DNA of 64,000 nucleotides from Daphnia carinata (Eukaryota): NCBI RefSeq assembly GCF_022539665.2, contig NC_081333.1, positions 6,572,001 to 6,636,000 of the forward strand, read 5' to 3'. Shown piece by piece: positions 23,931 to 37,100 of this stretch (position 1 is its first letter; each line of letters starts with the position of its first letter). The notes under the pieces were generated by a model. It saw only the letters and a program-made list of their open reading frames with translations, ran no database searches and was not told where the DNA came from. The position numbers and the translations under genes were made by a program.

Positions 23931-25049
23931 ACGCGTTTTATGTATCGTTTATTTGTCCTTACAGATTGATCTTACTCGTATCATGAATTCATTTGTCACG
24001 CCCGTGTCTTCAATTTTGTTGAAAATACATAAGATCCTTCACTTTTGTCGAAGGATATAAAAAAAGAACAGATCTCTTTAGCGGTAAAATTCTTTTTTAG
24101 AAAGCAAAAAAGAATTTTCTTTTCTTTCTTGACTCTCGGACTATTAAGGCAAGTCAAATGCAATTGAAGAAAAAATAAAAGAAATGTGAAACTGAATTGC
24201 AGAAGAAAGTCCCACCTGACCATTTACATGAACCATCGCACAGTCCTAATCGTTTCTACTTTACTTATCATAGGTTGATAATTTCGAAGCAATCGGGACT
24301 GCAACCAGTATTCACGTCAAATTTACTTGTTTAGCGGGGGGTGGCTACTCCCTAAACCGACTTTCTTCCTACTTCAGTTTCACATTTCTTTTTTTTCCCC
24401 TCGTTTTTGCGGACCTTTATGTACTATAGAGGTTGCTGCTCGCAGCATGTTTATTTCCAAATGCCCACCGTATGGCAGATGGTCCATGGCACATTCACGA
24501 CATGAGCTTTTCAGGACGTGACACCTCTATAGGGAGTGATCGACACCGCCTATTCCTACCACTCCAATGATAATAGGTCAGTAGCATCCCTTTAGTACAC
24601 GAAATTAACTGCCCAAAACTCGCTGCTGCAAGTTTTGGCATTTTTCCAGCCATATTCGTTCATTAATTTAAACCTGTGGACTAAATTCACAAAATAAGCA
24701 GTGAACTATGTACACTAGGTGAAGTTTGTAATAATGGAACAATTTTTTTTTCTTTGAAGTTAAATTATACAAATAAAACGATGTTTGGCACAACAGTACA
24801 GTTTGCTATAGGGACCGTGTAAAGGTGGTCTGCCTTATTTCAGTATTGACCTAAGTTTTTATTCTATATTCTATGGAAAAATTTAGAAACAAACAAATTT
24901 CTACCTTTTTTTTGAAACATGAATTAAATTATTTCATTTTTAACATGAATTTATATACAGTATGAAAATTTAAAAAGAATTTCTTCTCTACTTTTCTTTC
25001 TATCTATTTTATTTCATTTGCCATTATATGTTTCAATTTATCCCTACAA

Positions 25050-26429
25050 GAATATTTCAAAAGTGGCTATACACTCTACTTGAACTCTGGACTTAGCTCT
25101 TCGCGCAATCATTATGGCCAACGAGTGGTAACGAGAGAAGCAGACTTAGTGACGGCTCATGAGTTAGGACACAACTGGGGTTCAGAGCACGACCCGGATT
25201 TACCCGAATGTAGCCCACCTGCTTCGCAAGGCGGTTCCTACTTGATGTACACTTACTCAGTTTCGGGTTATGACGTGAAAAACAAGGTAAAATTCTTATA
25301 CTATATGTTATCCGGTTAATCAATAATTCACCTCATTTCCCGATCTTCAAGAAATTTTCGCCTTGTTCTTTGAGATCTATACGAGCTGTTCTGCTTGCAA
25401 AAGCTGGCGGTTGCTTCACTGAACCTGAAGAATCATTTTGCGGCAATTTACGCGTGGAAGGAAAAGAGGAATGTGATGCCGGACTATTGGGTTCTGAGGA
25501 TAACGACAGTTGCTGCGATAAGTTTTGCAACTTATGTCGCAACCAGGATGCTGTTTGCAGCGATAAAAACTCTCCCTGTTGTAAAAATTGCATGTTAATG
25601 CCAGCCGGCCAAAAATGTCGTGAGGCTCAAAGAGCCACCTGTGAACAAAAGGCTAAGTGCACAGGTAAAGGGATCTTCCCTTTTTGTAGCATTGACGTTT
25701 AGCTATTGATTCACGCTTGTCTATTCTTCAATTGACAGGTACCAGTTCTGAGTGTCCAGCCTCGGCACCACAACCAGACGGTACCGAATGCTTAGAAAAG
25801 GGTCAATGTCGTAACGGAACTTGTCTGCCATTCTGCGAAACACAGAACTATCAGTCGTGCATGTGTGATACCGTCGCAGACGCATGCAAGCGTTGCTGCC
25901 GTTATCACCTCAATGATACTTGCTTTCCGTTTGAGCCCTACGATATTCTGCCTGACGGCACACCATGCGTTCATGGGTTCTGTAATAGCGTAAGTATCTA
26001 CCTGTGACAGCCTTATTATATTTTGATTTCTGCTATTATTTAATTGACTTTCGTGGAATAGGGGATCTGTGAGAAAACTGTTCAAGATATTGTGGAACGA
26101 TTTTGGGATATCGTTGAGGAACTGAACATTAACCGCGTTTTATCAATGCTAAAAGACAAGCTAGTTGGAGCCGTGCTAATTGTATCAACTCTCTTGTGGA
26201 TACCAGCATCCTGTCTTATCAGCTGGGTAAGCAAGACAAAGTTGTTAGCAGCACGCTTTTGAAAATAAATAAAAATTTATTTTTGATTGTTAAGGTTGAT
26301 CGCAAACGTAAGCGACAGTTAGAGACAGAGGAAGCCTGGCTGAGATCAGGTGAGCTGATCCATCCATCAGAAAATGGAACTCGTCGAATCATACACGCCC
26401 GTCCTCGGCCTTCACAGCAACAACGTTAG
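25050..26429 (+). pseudogene. ADAM17: 5'-truncated ADAM17 duplicate (copy 2), from the HEXXH exon to the stop
   Basis: Same last five exons as 1379-2754. Lacks signal, pro-domain and N-terminal catalytic exons; joined to a THOC3 unit upstream. Remaining exons appear open. Confidence 0.9.
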
Positions 26430-29400
26430 AGAAGATAGGTTTTCCTGCCTGTTTTGTATTGCGATGCGATTCAACTTTTCGTATATTGTACAAGCATTGC
26501 AATCTTCGTTAACCCTTATTTATTTGCTTGTATTTTATAATTAAAATCCCATCTAACGATACGAGGTTTGCATTTCTCAATCAATTGCCAGTTAGAGGGG
26601 CGAGTTGAAAATCCTCATTTATTCCGTTCAATCGTACTTGTGTCTGCCCTTTTTTGCTATGATTTACATGACTTTTGTCTGTTTTGTTTCTAGTCACATA
26701 AGTGTTTCGTGTAAGTGACTCACCATCTGTGTATGCAAAACACTGAATAAATGTTAATTCTTTCTGAGATATATTTTACACGTTGAACGATATGCCAACA
26801 GCTGTAAAGTTGTCTGCTATATATGACATTACCTTTGATGCATTGGGTAACAAAACTGAACATGTATCGTTTAGATTTCAAAGAATAGAATAACGTTGGA
26901 AGAAAGCATAAGTACATTAACAACGATATTTATTCACTTTGGCGCGCGTTGCCCTATTTTTACAGTCGCAGATTTACCGTAAAGCTTGCATTATATAATG
27001 GGTTAATCCATGTTCGAATTTAGTCAGAAATCATTAGTAAATAATTTCCAGAAAACTATTTTTTCAACTTAATTAGATTAGGGGGGGGGGAGGGCTTTTT
27101 AGCATTCAAGATCAGTAGACGACAGTCAGTCGAAGAGCGCACGTTCTACCTTAGGGGTCGTTTAAATCAAGCCTTGGTGCAAGTCTTGTAAGTGTGAGGA
27201 AAGTGGCTATTGATGCAGTGTATACCAGCGGTTAGTGATGCGTCTCAACGAGGAGACAACAGGGTTCGAGACCTCGTCATCGGACACGTTCATTTCCGAT
27301 CCAGAAGGGAAACCTTAATGAATGGACATATTCATCACATTTCTCCTACGCCAAGCCCGGGAAAGGGCGACCGAACACAGCGTATCCACATCAGTCGCTC
27401 AAATGGATGGGCAAAATTACGTCCTGCCCAAGCACACCGCCGTCATACGGTGATTACAAGAGCCACGCCGAAGGAAAGTTGAATATAATCGACGGTTTGC
27501 GTAATGCGGGTATTTTATAATGCTCACGAACCTTCGTCTGGAGCTCCTGTTCTCCCAGCATCGTTGCTCTGGATGTATCCTGCCGTTGGCGGCCGACAGA
27601 CACACAAATTTTATGGACTGCTCTCCGTGCCATTACTACCTGTGTAAATCGTCCGAACGTCATAAAATCCTTAGCGGACCTCGGCAGGCCTATAGAGGAG
27701 TACTATTTAGGAAAATTAAGGTCTACTTGACCGCTCCCAGGACCAAGAACACCTCATGGGTGTTCATCTTTCGCCTTTAGTTGCAACACAGATATTTTTT
27801 CTAATTTCATTGTACATATGTGGACCCGCTGCCACCTACAATGCTGTCCTCAACGGGTAGGGTTATGGGAGGCTCGGGCCTGCCTGAGATTTATCTGCTG
27901 CCCAAGTCCTGACCTGTACCATTTGTTTCACGACGTTGAAATAAAGTTTTATCGGGTCCCATCACGCATTTTTTCATTATCGCTTTAACCCCTCATTTCA
28001 TTTTAATGCCCGCTCTAGCTGCATGTAGACTGTAGAGTGCCGTACAGTCAATTCGTCTAAGTTTACCCGTCAACAATAAAGAATGGCCCTTAAAGAAAAA
28101 AGGAGAGGGCATTCGACTGAAGAAGAGCCCAAGCGAAGTATTGCAAATAATTTGAAAAAAAGGGAAAATGACGAAAGCAAAGCTAGTCGAGTATGCAACA
28201 AGAAAAATTGGCAGCCAGTTTTTTGTTAAGGTAAAGTATTGTGGATTTTTCATTATTTCTTCATTTAAATTCAGGGGAAACCTTGGCCACACAAAGTTGT
28301 TGGTTACTGCAACACGCCACTGGTCCGTTGTTCAAGACATTTCTTATGGTACATCTGCACATCTTTTGAGTACAGGTATTGATAGAGGCGAGCCACTTCA
28401 TAAACCGCGAATGCAATGTCAGGTGGTGTAGACACCATAATATTGCGTCAAACTACCTACATCTACCTTATATTTCGGTAAATATATTGATTCGAAGGGA
28501 TACTTTTTAATTACATTTCACCATGTTGAATCTTTGAAGAATGTGTTGAACATAGTGCGACTAATAGAGGAAAAGTCGTTATCGGCGGTTTCAGAGATCT
28601 GCAGGACGACAAATATTTTAGCAGGAACTGATGTGACTTCAATAGTTAATCTGAGATATGGAAAAACACTGCAAATTGTGTGCTCATTGTAGTTCCCAAT
28701 CAGGCCTTCATGAGCTTAAATCACTATACTAGTTAGGCCATAACATGTAGATATTAAAAACGGAAAATATTGATGATCCTTTTGGAAACAAGTCCGTTTT
28801 TTTTTCCTTCCCTTTTTTTCCAGTTTCTCCTTATTTGGGTTTGCGTGCATGGGCGGGAAAGGCATTCCCCGTTATGTGTAGCGGTTGACTCTTACCTTGT
28901 TTGAATAAATCTGCATAGTAATCACCTTGACTGCATTCCATAACAATTTTGTTCCGGGTGAATTATAACAAAAATCAAAGTGCAAATAGCCAGAATACCA
29001 GTGACATTCAATTGACATTGAGGTTATTTCGCTGATTGCGATCGTCATTCTCCCGCATTCTCAGTGCATTTCATTTGTCAAAAGAAATCCAAAGAACTGT
29101 TTTCAGTCTCAGCAAAATGGGTGGGATAGAAATTCGTCATAATTTTGAAAAAAAGACAAAAGCCAAACAACAGCAGTCGTAATGACAAACTAACTGGTGT
29201 GAAGGGTGGAACGGAGTCGGCTGCATCAGACAACGCAATTCAAGTTCGTCCGTGACTTTAATTCGACCTTCAGATTCGCACTCAGGCGTTTTGTAAATGT
29301 AAAACATTTTACTTGTATTCTCATCAATTGTAATTGCTCGATCCATCATTATAAACATTGGCGTGTCGCGGAACACAACCTGTTTTTTTTATTCCGCTGT

Positions 29401-29869
29401 TTGAACAGGGTTGGTGTTGGAACTCGATCTGGTTTGGCGAGCGTTCACCTGACCATCAAACAAACGAAAGGAATAAGAAACAAAAGAAAATAGTTTACAA
29501 GCATGGAATATCTATAGACTTGTGCGATTGGATGCCACACGTACTGCAAATTCAACTTCCATTGTATATCTACAAGACAACGTATGGCAAACGTATTGAA
29601 CATACTAAGTCTGTATACACTGCGGGACAATGACAGCTGTTTCCAGCAGAGGAAGGTGGGGCATTCTGAATTATTCCGTACAAAAACGGATATTAATGGT
29701 ATCCTTTTATTTTTTTTTTTTTTAATTTAAATTAGGTTTATTTGATTGAAGACAAACGAAAAATGTCACAGGATAACTGAGTTTTTGTATTTTTGATGTG
29801 ACTAGTATCGATTTAAAAGGTTTGAACACAGCAAAATGAGAGCTGAAACAGCAATAAGTGTACCCATTC

Positions 29870-31272
29870 TTATAAATCCTCCCTGTATAAATAGACGGGA
29901 AGCAACGGCCAGCCTTTCTCCCGCAGACTTGTCTGAACACGTTCAAGGGGACTGGAATTTCTTCCGTTGATCTGCTGTCAGCGGTACCCTGTCGCAACAA
30001 GACGATTTTTAAAGGAACAATGAATTCATTGGCTGAACATTTATGGGTAACTTGTGACGCTATCAAATCTTAATTTGAACTTACACTGGTTTCTTCAAAC
30101 TTTTGCGGTCCTTGCGATTCTTGTGTCGCAGAGCGCAACGCAACCTCTCCGGATCGACAGGTGGACGATGAGGATCACTGAAACGAATGACGTCCAACAA
30201 ACGTTTCAGTTCGGCCGCAGTGTCTCCGAGTAGCAGACGCTCGTAGAAGAGGACAGTGCCATTCTGGATGGTCTCAATCCAGCCGACTGCGTGATCGGCC
30301 CACATATTGGCTCCGTAGTCAACGAATGCTTCCCATTTAGGGCCAGAGAAATATTTTTCTGACACTACGCCAGTTTTATTTCCTGACGTAGCTAAGAAAT
30401 GAGCATAAGTGAACATTGTGTCTACGGGGTTTCGTAGGGGAAGTACTCCTCGGTATCAATACAAGAAACTACGTACGGGACCTCTTTTGCCAGTTTTTTC
30501 GTTGTTTCATTTCCCTTTATCTACGTCAAACGTTGAACGACAAAGTTAGCTGACTAAATTGCTTTTTAATTCACTTTATCAGATAGTGACCCCATTGAAA
30601 CTTCCAATCGGGAGAACGCGAACAGGTCCAGGAATGTCGTGATCCTCGATGAGAATCGTGCATTCGCATTTGAGATTTGCATTGCTGCTTGAATGATTTC
30701 CTACATTCGCGAATTAAAACATCTCGAAACGCTAATAATAAAATCACAGCACGAACAAAAGGACTCTTCACCTGTTAACACGGTCGGCTTGTCTGCACGT
30801 CCGTAAAAGCTGCCCGTGTAGACTCTGTTCATGTACGAAATGAAATAGTGCATTACTCATACAGTGCATCATTCCTGACTCACCCTTCACCCCACTCCCG
30901 GGGAATGAAGTTAACGCCCATTTCGGCCTGGTGCGATTTCGTGCAAACTACAAAAAAGCACAGATTCATTTCGTTTAGCCTTTTGATTGACTTTCTTTTG
31001 GTTGTAGAGTATGAAGAGAACTTGTACCTGAACAGGGAAATGTTGACGGGCAGGATCACCAATCCAAGGATATCTCACGTGGTCTGGATCGATGATATAA
31101 TCGGGAGGTAAAGTTAAGTTTCGTCCCTGGCAATCAGCCAAGAATTTCCAAACGTGCCGATGATCGAGCACACGATGTGTGATCCTTAGTAGTTCAACTG
31201 ATGTAATGAGAAAATTGAAACACCTGCTGTTGCTAATGCAATTGCATACAATTCTTTACGACGTAGTTTCAT
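29870..31272 (-). pseudogene. WSCD-family sulfotransferase pseudogene, copy 2
   Basis: Paralog of 6195-7635. ~30-nt deletion removes TWTRQLIEGVT of the PAPS loop (~30887). Stops Y*YRG (~30457) and LT*IK (~30521). Confidence 0.8.
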
Positions 31273-31733
31273 CTCGATCGATGCACACACTGAGAGAACT
31301 TCGTCTAAAACGACGAAGGGAAATAAACAACCTGAAAAATATGGAAATTTTAAACGTCCTATTAGCTGAGTGACTGTTCGAAATTGTCCTGAATTTGGAA
31401 AACAGGTGTCGAATGCTTCACAGATACACCAACAGGTGTGGTTGTACACTGGTATAGTCCTGCAAAAGAAGCCTAACAGCTTTCTTTTTGAGCCATCTGT
31501 GGACAAAATATTTTAATTATTGATGATGATCAAACGACGGCAAACGAAAAAGAAATTTTCATCTTCGACTTGGGAAATTTTATTGGCAAAAAGCAATCGC
31601 AGAAATCGATGTAACACAGTGAGTAATTCAACAACCGTTTAAGTGGACAGGATAATACGTATAGTTTATGGAGATGTCGTTGGTTCGTTGAGCAAGGCGC
31701 CCAGCGCCATTAGCCACCAACCTCTTCCGTTTT

Positions 31734-33234
31734 CTACACGAATAATGGAAGGCAATCTTTCGTGTTGTTTCGAATCAAAACAGATTGAACATGAAATGCC
31801 AGCGTTTTATTGCTGTTGGTTGGTGAAATCAATTTCGCCACACTGGCTGGACTGGAATAGACAGAAGGAGCAGAGGCTTCGACGGCAGCCGCTTCAGCGA
31901 TCGCAGTGCCGTTGGACTTTTGTCCTTCTCGCCATCCTAGGTAATTGCTGTCGTAACCACTCTCCGTAGCCAATTTTCGAAATTAGCAAATAAAAGAAAT
32001 CGTTAATAACAAAGTCACATCAGTGAAAAAAAAAACATGTCTTCATTTGATTAATTTTCGCACGTGAAAAAAGAAATCGCATAGAGGACGTGTTGCAATT
32101 TTGTGTTTTACATACCAATGATAAGGCTGTTGTATCCTGAATGCCCATACGCGACATGTTGTCCGCCGCCAACATTGTTCCCGTACAGTCCCGTATTGTA
32201 TCCCGTATTGTATCCCGTATAGTATCCCGTATTGTATCCCGTGTTTCCGTAGCCGGTGTTCGTGCCATTGCCGCTATGGCCTCCGTATCCAGCATTGATT
32301 CCGATGTTTGTGCCGTACCCAGTATTAGTTCCGTATCCAGTGTTGCTTCTGTATCCAGTGTTCGTTCCATGGCCGGTATTGATTCCATAACCTGCGTTCG
32401 ATCCGTATCCTGTGTTTATTCCGGATCCTGTACCATAGCCGGTGCTGCCGTAGCCGGTGTTGCTGAAGCCAGTGTTGCCGAAGCCAGTGTTGCTGGAGCC
32501 AGTGTTGCCGTAGCCGGTGTTGCCGTAACCGCTCTGACCGTAGTTGATGTTTTGGCCGTATCCGGCATTGGCTCCGGAGTATTGTAAGCACTTCCGCCAT
32601 ATCCTGATACAAACGCGATAGGAATACCAATCAATTATTTAATAATTTCACTTTGTAAATTCTTCAATCATTCCCAAGATTTAAATCGTGAATGATTAAA
32701 GAAAAACTCATTACCACCAGCAGCGTTGTTGGCATGGTATTTTGGTGGCCAAGCTGTTGGTGCGTGGTAAGACTGCTACTGTGCTGTTGATGGCTGCTGC
32801 TCTGTTGTGGGTAAACTGTACTGCTCTGTAATTGACCTATCCACCAAAACAATGGTTTGTTTTAAAATAAAATTCAATTGTTCAATTTCAAAATGAATTG
32901 GATTCTCTCGTTACTTGCTTGGTGACCGTAATTGGGGCCATAACGCTCGTCAACCTTTTCACCTTCAGCCAATTCGGATGGTGCGGCCAGCTCGTCCACA
33001 GGTGCCACAGCATCCAGCACCTCTGGTGAGACAAGGAGGGGAGCCTCATCTTCAGGGTACGGCATGGCAACGGCCAACGCCAACATTAATAACCATTGAT
33101 ACAATATGTTGGAATGAAAATCAAACCTTTCGTGATTTCCACGGTAAACTTGAGACATTTAAAATCAGAAATGAAATTCGACAACAAAGAAAAATTCTAT
33201 GAAAACGACTTACCGTAAACACGAAGCGAAACAT
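31734..33234 (-). pseudogene. NTGY-repeat secreted protein gene, copy 2
   Basis: Paralog of 8096-9586. A 1-nt deletion near 32575 shifts the repeat exon; repeat counts differ from copy 1. Confidence 0.75.
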
Positions 33235-34172
33235 TTTACCTAGGACTATGGAGAGCTTCTCTTCCGGCGGATGATGTGATCACTTGGCCGGTTAGTGTGC
33301 GGATGTATCTAACACGGTTTGGATGGTGCCGTATTTATAGTCAAACCGACTGTACCGAGCGATGGGAACAAAGCAACAGCGTCAGCATGCGAAGGTCGAT
33401 CCGGCATATAGGTAAGAAGAACTTAATGACCTGTGTGTGTGTGTGAAGAATAAGGAAAACGACCGAAGCTATTTGAAAAACCCTACACCTCTTGTGGGGT
33501 GTTATGCTGCCTATTGAGCAAAGTATGCACTAAAAAAACAGAGGGGGGGGGGGAGAAAAACCAAAACGATATATGCACTTGGCTAGGAAGAAAAAAGAAA
33601 AACATTTTGAGGTGTTGGTGTGCAGTATCCTGCACAAAAAGAAGAACACCCGATTTAATTTTCAAAAGCCATCTATGGGCAAAATATATTAATTATTGAC
33701 CTTTTCTAAATAGGGTTAGGGCGGGTTTGCCGCAAAAACGCTATAAGTTGGAAAGGGTAGTTTAAGTCCAGACACCTTTTGCTAATGCCTCAGGTGCAGA
33801 GTTGGGAGTAGCTCACTGAAATGGGAGCGCGCTCTGAGCTTTCCGCTCAGTGCTTCAAAGTGAGCGGAAAAGCTCTTTCGCTCGCCAAAAAAAAAAGTGA
33901 GCGCGCTCTCGCTCATTTTTCGCTCGCGCTCTTTTTCGAAAAAAACCCCCGCGTAAAACATGCATTTTGATCCACCTATAATTTCTATTAAAATATTGAA
34001 AATATAAAGCATAGCGCATCCACAAAAAACTTAGTAAATAAAAAATGTTTAACTGCACCAGTGTATTGAACAGTGTTGATCACGCATCATTCTGGATACG
34101 CCATATAGCGTTTAGAACATATTGTTACAACAGAACATCAAAACAAAAGGGGAACTTTGGCACAAAGATGCA

Positions 34173-37100
34173 TCAAAATGTTTTTGCTACGTAGGTAGTT
34201 TTTGAAGGGCAACTCTGCCAGTTCCTCGACGACATTCCATTTTGTTTCAAGAAAACCAGCTTATCGAAATTGCTATCCGATAAGTTTGACCGTTTCGGAA
34301 CAAAAATGAGACCAGTCGTGCTAAAAAGTCTTTCGCAGGCAGCAGATGATGGAAGCGCGCTATTGTATTCCCTATTTAAAGAAAAACATAGATTAGGCAT
34401 CGGCTAAATAATTTCAAAGAAAGTATTATGAATAAATATGTTACATAAATATCTGTTTAATCGTCGGGAAACGACTTAGATCTTCCAGAGAACCGGCGAC
34501 ATCATTGAAATAGCGATCTACTTCCCCGATTTCGGTAGAGGCTCTTTTTCTTAGGCTGTTTAAAAACTGATTGTTAGATTTCTTTTTGGATGGTGAACTA
34601 TCACTTTGACTTGTTTCATCGCAGGTACTTTCATTTGCGCTAAACCAGAAAAATAAAAGACATTTCAATTAACTAGATCAACGAATAATTGCACAACGCT
34701 ATACTCACTCAACTATTACATTTGCACGCCTTTGAACTTCTTTTTTAAGAAGAGCAATATCGTTGTTTTTTTATTCTTCTGGAACCCAAGATAGCTTAAA
34801 ATGCGGGTCACTGATAGCCGCTAGACGCATATGGTCGTCGTCAAACAAGGTGTTGAATCTTCTATTTACACCATCGAACAGGCAATTGACAAGTGGAATG
34901 CAATGGACGATACATCTATCTTGTTGGAGACTTGTAAGTTTGTCCTTCAATATTGTAATGACAGGAAGAACACATCCCAATGACATCGCTTCTTCGTATT
35001 GGAACACGTCCAAGGCTTGAGAAATTGGCTTCATAACTAATGAACTCTTTAAGGAATTCTTGTTCAGCGGCTGACAGTTTTTTAAGCTTGAAATGTTAAA
35101 AAATTGTTTGAAGTTCTTAATTTTTCTTCGATACGAAATAATGCACTTTGCACATCGCGTTGTAATAGCTGTTCCACCGTGTTATGTTATGGATAACGAA
35201 TAACTCACCTATTATCTTTCTTATGAAATCAGAAGCTAGGGAACTCCGACTTTGTTTGTTCCAAACGGTAGACAGTTTTAAATCCAACTGTTTTTTTCAA
35301 TTTTGTAAATTGACGATTGGTGATGTTTTTGACATCTGCTGTGGCGATCAGATTTAAGGAGTGACAGGTGCAGCGGAAATGACGAGGAAGAAAAATTTTA
35401 CCTTCAACGTCGCAAATATCACTATCGCTTTCAAACTCCATCTCATCTTGAGTTGTTTTTAACTCACTTTCTTGCATCGACACCGCAAAGCCACAGGGCT
35501 CGCCGCTTTCTACATGCACTGGAATGTCGTTGCGATGATCCAAAATCAAACCAATATCAACGTAAATGACGTCTTCACTGTCATCTTCATCGTAAATTAA
35601 GTCATCTTCTTCACACGAAGCTCCTGGTAAGTCTTCCTTTTCCTTAGATGGAAACATCTTGAAAGCTTTTAGAAAGTTCGACCCGCTGTCTGTAATGGTG
35701 ATGTTTACTTTGTTGCTAATCCGGAATTCAGCATGGAGATTTGCCATTGCCTTGGCAAGCACATCGTAAGTGTGTGCTCCATAAAGTCGCCGAACACCAA
35801 GGCAAGCACTTCGACGGATAATCTCTTTCGCATCCTTTCCTTCCCCTAGCCAATGAACCGTCATTCCCAAAAAGCTCTTGCGGTGGGATGTCCAGCAGTC
35901 AGCTGTGGTGGAAACATAATCCACCTTTTCAAGTTCTGAAATAAGGTTTGATTTAGTTCTTGCGAATTTTTGATTTAAAATCTCCATCATCGAACGCCGA
36001 CTTTTGATGACAAGTGGGCCAATCAATCCCCCAATAAGCTTCTGGAATCCTTCTTTTTCGATTTCGCTTAATGGCAAAAGATCTGCGATGACATGATTCT
36101 GTATAAAAAATGAATGAAAAATATATTGTCCTGTTTCGAAATATATAAGAAATACATTGTTTGCTACCAAGATCGCCTCGTCAAGTTCTTCTTGGACTCT
36201 TATTTGCTTAAATTTTGAGAAACTCGAATGCAAATGATCATTCAGTTTGGTTTGTGTCATTTTCTTTGTTGTAGTGGTTGTAGCTTGAGAGGTAGCCGGT
36301 GAAATAGGACTGAAACGAAATAGGACTGGAGAAATAGGACTGAAAATTTCCAGTCCTATTTCTACCGGAGAACTAGGACTGGGAGAAATAGGACTGACTT
36401 TTTAAAACTTTTAGGACAGTCCTATTTCTCCATGCCAGCAGTCCTATTTCTCCTCGGCATCAGTCCTATTTCTCCTTAGAAATAGTCCTAATTATTTTAT
36501 TTTGTTCCAATAGGAACGATATGCCTCCAATCCGGTAAAAGCGGATATATCCATTTTTCTTTGTAAAAAGCCGATGGTGTTAACTCATAACTTAAATGGT
36601 TCACCAAACATTTATCTTTTATCCTATTTTAATTTAAATTGCAGGGGACCATTAAATATGTTATATCTAATATAGTTCATTTAATAAAATACTACAACGG
36701 CCACACCAGAAATATTTATTAAATTTTTCTTACTTTTTAGTGCATAAATAACTTTTCCAGTTGCACTCATGTTTTACTTGCTCATACAACTATCAGCAAC
36801 AAATAACAGGCAAGTCTTACCATATCGGTAGCGCTCTAACCTGTGACACGGGTAGTCCTATGCTCTATTCTCCGTGGTTACATTTCTTCTGAGGTTTTTA
36901 ATAACATTTGCGGTTAAGCTTACTATGAATAGTAGAAGAATGTTAATGAATCTTCGCCTGTATAAAAGCTAGTTCCTCACCAGGAGCAAGAAGAACTGTT
37001 GAAATACAAGAGAATGGATGAGAGAGGAGATGGTAGATAACGGTAGATGGGCGAAAAATAAATTATTTGTAATTGAACATTTTAACAATTCCCCAACTTC

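Noticed and set aside
36296..36480. Short direct repeats with spacers resembling a CRISPR array
   Set aside because: AAATAGGACTG subterminal repeats of a DNA transposon in both orientations, with irregular spacing; eukaryotic context and no cas genes.
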